Shown in pieces: positions 28,373 through 32,000 of a stretch of DNA of 32,000 bases (the first letter of the stretch is position 1; each line of letters starts with the position of its first letter). The notes under the pieces were generated by a model, which was given only the letters and a program-made list of their open reading frames with translations, was not told the DNA's origin and searched no databases. A program made the position numbers and the translations under genes. This stretch comes from Candidatus Electronema aureum (lineage in GTDB: Bacteria; Desulfobacterota; Desulfobulbia; Desulfobulbales; Desulfobulbaceae): positions 344 to 32,343 of the forward strand of contig NQJD01000030.1 of assembly GCA_004284765.1 (NCBI GenBank), given 5' to 3'.

Positions 28373-29673
28373 TGATTTTCTCTGATTTCCCGCATCACCA
28401 ATTCCGCCTGCCGCTGCGCCGAACCCTGCTGGGATGCTGCCAACCGCTCCGCCGCCTGGCAGGTCTGCGCATACAGCCGCTCATCGCGCAGCAGGGCGGA
28501 CAGGCAGTCTGCGAGACCTTCAGCGTGTTGTGCCTGAAAACCCGCACCCGCTGTCAGCACCAAATCGACCGCATCCTGATAATCCTGCATAAACGGCCCA
28601 AAGCAGACCGGCCTGCGCCAGCGCACCGGCTCCATGATGTTGTGGCCGCCTTTGTTGACCAAGCTGCCGCCGCAGAAGCTGATATTCGCTGCTGCGTAGA
28701 GATCGGCCAGCTCGCCAAGCGAATCCAGCAGCACGATGTCTTTGTTTCGGCCCTTGGCAGCGCAATCGGAGAACAGCTCGTATTCCAGCCCGACTTCATA
28801 GAGCAGCCGCCTGACCTCATCCAGCCGCTTCAAGTGGCGCGGCGCGATGATCCAGAGCAGGCCGTCCGCTGTTTCCGCCCGCAGGCGGCGGTAAACCGGC
28901 AGGAGCAGCTCCTCCTCGCCCGTGCGGGTGGAGCCGCAGATGAAGACCTTTTTCCCGCCCGGCTTGAGCAGCCGCCGGTATTTCTCCCGCATCGCTCCGG
29001 CATCAGCGGCGGGCAGGTCGTATTTCAGATTGCCGCAGACTTGCACCTGCTCCGCCCCTAGCTGTCGGAAGCGTTCGCCGTCTTCTTCACGGATGACTCC
29101 AATTACGGCAAAGCCTTTGAGCAGATCAGCCATGAAGCCGGGCAGCCGCCGGTATCTGCGGAACGAACGCTCTGAGAGCCTGCCGTTGAGCAGAAGCAGC
29201 GGAATCCCGGCCCGGCTGGTCTCGCGCAGCATGGTCGGCCACAGCTCAGTTTCCAAGCAGACATAGGCATCAGGCCGCACCGCCCGCAGCGCGGCGGTCA
29301 CAGCTTGGGGCGTGTCTATCGGAGCCAGCTCGCAGCACACGGTTTCCGGCAGGCGGGCGCGGGCCGCGTCCCTGCCCTGCCTGGTCATGGCACTTAAAAA
29401 AAAATGGCAGCCGGGAATCTGCGCTGTCAGCGCGGCGATCAAAGGGCGGGCGGCCTGCACCTCGCCCACCGAGGCAGCGTGAATCCAGATGAGCGGGCCG
29501 GTGCGGTCGAAATTGCCTTGATATCTGCCCAGACGCTGCTCTGTCTCCCAGCCGGGCGCGGTGATGTTCAAAACAGGCAGAACAGCCGGAAGCAGGGCAT
29601 GAACAGCCGTGCCAAGTATGCGGTAGAGAACATGCAGCATGACGGTCTTGCGGTCTCGGCTGTCTTTTTTCAT
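28369..29673 (-). CDS. waaA: 3-deoxy-D-manno-octulosonic acid (Kdo) transferase
   Basis: IWIHAASVGEVQAARPLIAAL plus a C-terminal glycosyltransferase region (GGSLVNKGGHNIMEP). The alternative start is ATG 29640. Confidence 0.9.
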   Translation of the reverse strand: MKKDSRDRKTVMLHVLYRILGTAVHALLPAVLPVLNITAPGWETEQRLGRYQGNFDRTGPLIWIHAASVGEVQAARPLIAALTAQIPGCHFFLSAMTRQGRDAARARLPETVCCELAPIDTPQAVTAALRAVRPDAYVCLETELWPTMLRETSRAGIPLLLLNGRLSERSFRRYRRLPGFMADLLKGFAVIGVIREEDGERFRQLGAEQVQVCGNLKYDLPAADAGAMREKYRRLLKPGGKKVFICGSTRTGEEELLLPVYRRLRAETADGLLWIIAPRHLKRLDEVRRLLYEVGLEYELFSDCAAKGRNKDIVLLDSLGELADLYAAANISFCGGSLVNKGGHNIMEPVRWRRPVCFGPFMQDYQDAVDLVLTAGAGFQAQHAEGLADCLSALLRDERLYAQTCQAAERLAASQQGSAQRQAELVMREIRENQ

Positions 29674-29865
29674 CCTTTCGCAAAACAGGCTATTTAAACA
29701 GGATTGCCCCGGAACGTCAAGAGGGAAGCAGTCGCGACCGGGAAAAATCAGGTTTTGCTTGACAGTTGCGCCTATAATCTGGTAGCAAACCCTTTACCCG
29801 CTGCGTTTTCCTGCGGGAGAAACCTTTTTCGTGTACCACACCAAAACTGCTGCTGGAGAACTCTT

Positions 29866-30960
29866 ATGACTGTACCGTTGATACGTCTTTTGCCTGCGCT
29901 CGCGCTGGCAATGTTGCTTGTTTTTTCAGGACAGACTGCTTCAGGGCAACCTAAGGCGGCCCATCCCGCACCCACTTCTCCAACCTCAGAACCCAAGGAA
30001 ATAAAAATGAAAGACGGACTGTATGCGAAGATCAAAACCGACAAAGGCGATATCCTGCTGGAGCTGTTTTACGACAAGGCACCGCTCACGGTGATCAACT
30101 TTGTTGGCTTGGCTGAAGGCACACTGACCTATGGCGGCGCAACCAAGCCCACTGGCACCCGTTTCTACGACGGCCTCAAGTTCCACCGGGTGATCAGGGA
30201 CTTCATGATCCAGGGTGGCTGTCCGCTTGGTACTGGTACTGGTGGCCCAGGCTACACCTTTGCCGACGAATTTGAGTCGCGGCTGAAGTTCACCGGGCCG
30301 GGCATTCTGGCCATGGCCAATGCTGGGCCTGGCACCAATGGCTCACAGTTCTTCATCACCCATGTTGCCACGCCGCATCTGAACGACAAGCACACCATCT
30401 TCGGTAAGGTGGTAGAAAGCCAGAACGTAGTTGATGCGATCAAGCAGGGGGATGTGATCAACACGATTGAGATCATCCGCCAAGGCGAGAAGGCGCAGCA
30501 GTTCCAGACTGATCAGGCTGCCTTTGAGCGGGCCAAGGAAGAAATTGAGGCCAAAAAGCAGATTGGTGCTGCCGAAGGCCAGAAGAAGACTGCGCAGCTG
30601 ATCAAGAAACGCTGGCCCAAAGTGCAGTCGAACAAGGAAGGGCTGTACTGGGTCGTGACCAAGGAAGGCCAAGGCGAGAAGCCCGCGTCAGGCACTAAGA
30701 TCAGCGTTCACTACACAGGCCGCCTGCTGGACAATGACCGGAAATTCGATAGCTCCTACGACCGGGGCGAGCCGATTCAGTTTGAAGTAGGCACTGGTCG
30801 GGTTATTCCGGGCTGGGACATGGCTCTTGCCAGCATGAAGCAGGGCGAAAAGCGCACCCTGATCATTCCGCCAGGCTTGGCTTACGGAGCACAGGGCGCG
30901 GGCGGCGTTATTCCGCCTAACGCTTGGCTGGTCTTCGACGTGGAGTTGGTGGGCTTCTGA
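29866..30960 (+). CDS. exported dual-family peptidyl-prolyl isomerase (cyclophilin domain + FKBP domain)
   Basis: Signal peptide [27 protein letters not shown]. The cyclophilin domain spans about 30010-30480 ([29 protein letters not shown]). The FKBP domain spans about 30637-30957 ([51 protein letters not shown]). Confidence 0.9.
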   Translation: MTVPLIRLLPALALAMLLVFSGQTASGQPKAAHPAPTSPTSEPKEIKMKDGLYAKIKTDKGDILLELFYDKAPLTVINFVGLAEGTLTYGGATKPTGTRFYDGLKFHRVIRDFMIQGGCPLGTGTGGPGYTFADEFESRLKFTGPGILAMANAGPGTNGSQFFITHVATPHLNDKHTIFGKVVESQNVVDAIKQGDVINTIEIIRQGEKAQQFQTDQAAFERAKEEIEAKKQIGAAEGQKKTAQLIKKRWPKVQSNKEGLYWVVTKEGQGEKPASGTKISVHYTGRLLDNDRKFDSSYDRGEPIQFEVGTGRVIPGWDMALASMKQGEKRTLIIPPGLAYGAQGAGGVIPPNAWLVFDVELVGF

Positions 30961-30961
30961 T

Positions 30962-31005
30962 TGACTTGTCCGCATTTTGCAATCAGCTAAAATGCGGACA
31001 AGTCA
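30962..31005. terminator. long perfect hairpin between convergent genes
   Basis: TGACTTGTCCGCATTTT-gcaatcagct-AAAATGCGGACAAGTCA forms a 17-bp perfect stem. It begins 2 nt after the PPIase stop. There is no external U-tract; the A/T runs lie inside the stem. Confidence 0.5.
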
Positions 31006-31110
31006 GTGCCTGCGCCAAACTGCCCAAGCCTGCTGAGGCGATATTTTCAGCGATTGCCAAGCTATCTTGGTGATGGCCCGAAAGAGGCCCTGCACCAGTG
31101 CCGTCCCTCC

Positions 31111-31851
31111 TCAGCTCCCCGCGCTCACATCCAATAGCCTGCCGCCGTAAGAAGTCCTGACCATCTTCAGCAAGGCGGCATAATTGTTGATCCGCACCTC
31201 CAAGTTCGTCAAGCCTGAACCCGCATAGCCTGGCAGCGTGCAGGCATCATTCGCGCTCACCCGCACTTCATTGCCTGCCGCGCCGTTGTCTTTCATGTCC
31301 AAAAGACTGAGGCGCAGGTCGCCCTCCTGAACATCCAGCAGAGCCTGAATCCGCACTTTCGCAGCCGCAGTCAAGGTGCCGCCCGTGACCGTCACATGCG
31401 GAACCACCGCATTGTCTGTGAGGATGCCGGTCTCCGGCAGATGGGGATGGCCAGAGAGCGGCACAGCCAGCGGCGCGCGCAGCAGCCTGCGGTAGGTGCC
31501 AGTGCGGAGGCTGCCGTTTTCAGTGTAATGCGTTGAGACGGACAACCGGTACTCGTTGTTCCACGGTTCAGTCTGACTGGGAATGTCCGGCATGAGGATG
31601 ATCTCGCTGTTGGAGATCGGCCCAAAGCGGCTCTGCACCGTTCTGCCGCTGCGGGTGCCCTCGATCACGCATTCGCCGCTGCCGTCCTCTGGATCAAAGA
31701 AGAGATCTGAGCCGGTCAGCCGCAGCAGGCCAGCCGGGTTGAGCACGTCAGTCAGCTTCAGCACCGTATCTTCAAGCGAGCTGATCACCGGAGCCTTCTC
31801 AGTCATGGGCAGCCGTTCCATCCGCGCCGCCTGCCGCACCTCCTCAACCAA
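31111..31851 (-). CDS. DUF4469-like (Ig-fold) protein, probably a 5'-truncated remnant
   Basis: LLRLTGSDLFFDPEDGSGECVIEG...NSEIILMPDIP...YRLSVSTHYTENGSLRTGTY matches the pattern I recall for DUF4469, which is normally fused behind an HU-like domain. No such N-terminal domain is present here. The only starts are a TTG or internal ATGs, and an in-frame stop lies at 31876-31878. Confidence 0.4.
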   Translation of the reverse strand: MVEEVRQAARMERLPMTEKAPVISSLEDTVLKLTDVLNPAGLLRLTGSDLFFDPEDGSGECVIEGTRSGRTVQSRFGPISNSEIILMPDIPSQTEPWNNEYRLSVSTHYTENGSLRTGTYRRLLRAPLAVPLSGHPHLPETGILTDNAVVPHVTVTGGTLTAAAKVRIQALLDVQEGDLRLSLLDMKDNGAAGNEVRVSANDACTLPGYAGSGLTNLEVRINNYAALLKMVRTSYGGRLLDVSAGS

Positions 31852-31901
31852 GCGTTTGGAGAGATAGAGTTTGACCTAATGTGCAACTCTTTTAAACTTG
31901 A

Positions 31902-32000
31902 TTAGGCAGCAATCAAGCCATCCAAGTCAAGTGGAGGGCGGTTATAGACCAAATTAAGGAAGACACAAACAGTGTGCGCCAAAATTTTACGAATCAGACG
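31902..32000 (-). CDS. 3' end of a transposase gene (IS982-family-like), partial
   Basis: The minus-strand frame reads RLIRKILAHTVCVFLNLVYNRPPLDLDGLIAA*, entering from the window edge. The K-I-L-A-x-T...F-L-N tail resembles IS982-family transposase C-termini. This comes from memory, and only 32 codons are visible. Confidence 0.3.
   Translation of the reverse strand, partial: RLIRKILAHTVCVFLNLVYNRPPLDLDGLIAA

Noticed and set aside
29396-29404. A9 homopolymer inside waaA (codes F-F-L on the minus strand), a possible phase-variation tract.
   Set aside because: The reading frame is intact through the tract, waaA is normally essential, and there is no supporting evidence of variation. It would only be worth checking in read pileups.

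Overview
Chromosomal window from a Gram-negative bacterium with moderately GC-rich core genes. WaaA, AmpG, FtsH, CarAB, a class II RNR and an FNT channel suggest a Desulfobacterota-like anaerobe, but I cannot verify taxonomy. Most of the window is housekeeping: FNT channel, def, rsmE, tRNA-Phe, nrdJ, ampG, cysS, mutL, folP, ftsH, carB, carA, waaA and a dual-domain PPIase. The accessory content is as follows. (i) An AT-rich islet (judged by eye) at 1-2540 stacks three small defence/TA modules: MntA/HepT, DUF4160/DUF2442 and a DUF262-HNH nuclease. (ii) A 455-codon HNH-type intein splits nrdJ exactly at the N-P-C-G-E radical-cysteine loop and ends in an atypical Leu-Gln. (iii) An 877-bp IS5-family element has its transposase split across two frames. 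(iv) A PIN toxin cassette is wedged by overlapping codons between waaA and carA. (v) A probable second IS (IS982-like) at the right edge appears to truncate a DUF4469-like gene. The least explained signal is the 220-bp carA-carB spacer. It consists entirely of ten exactly phased 21-bp units, each carrying a small palindrome (AAyG-N3-CrTT). It is open in frames on both strands but has no credible start codon. I saw no rRNA and no CRISPR array. All family calls come from motif recognition by eye; no searches were run.
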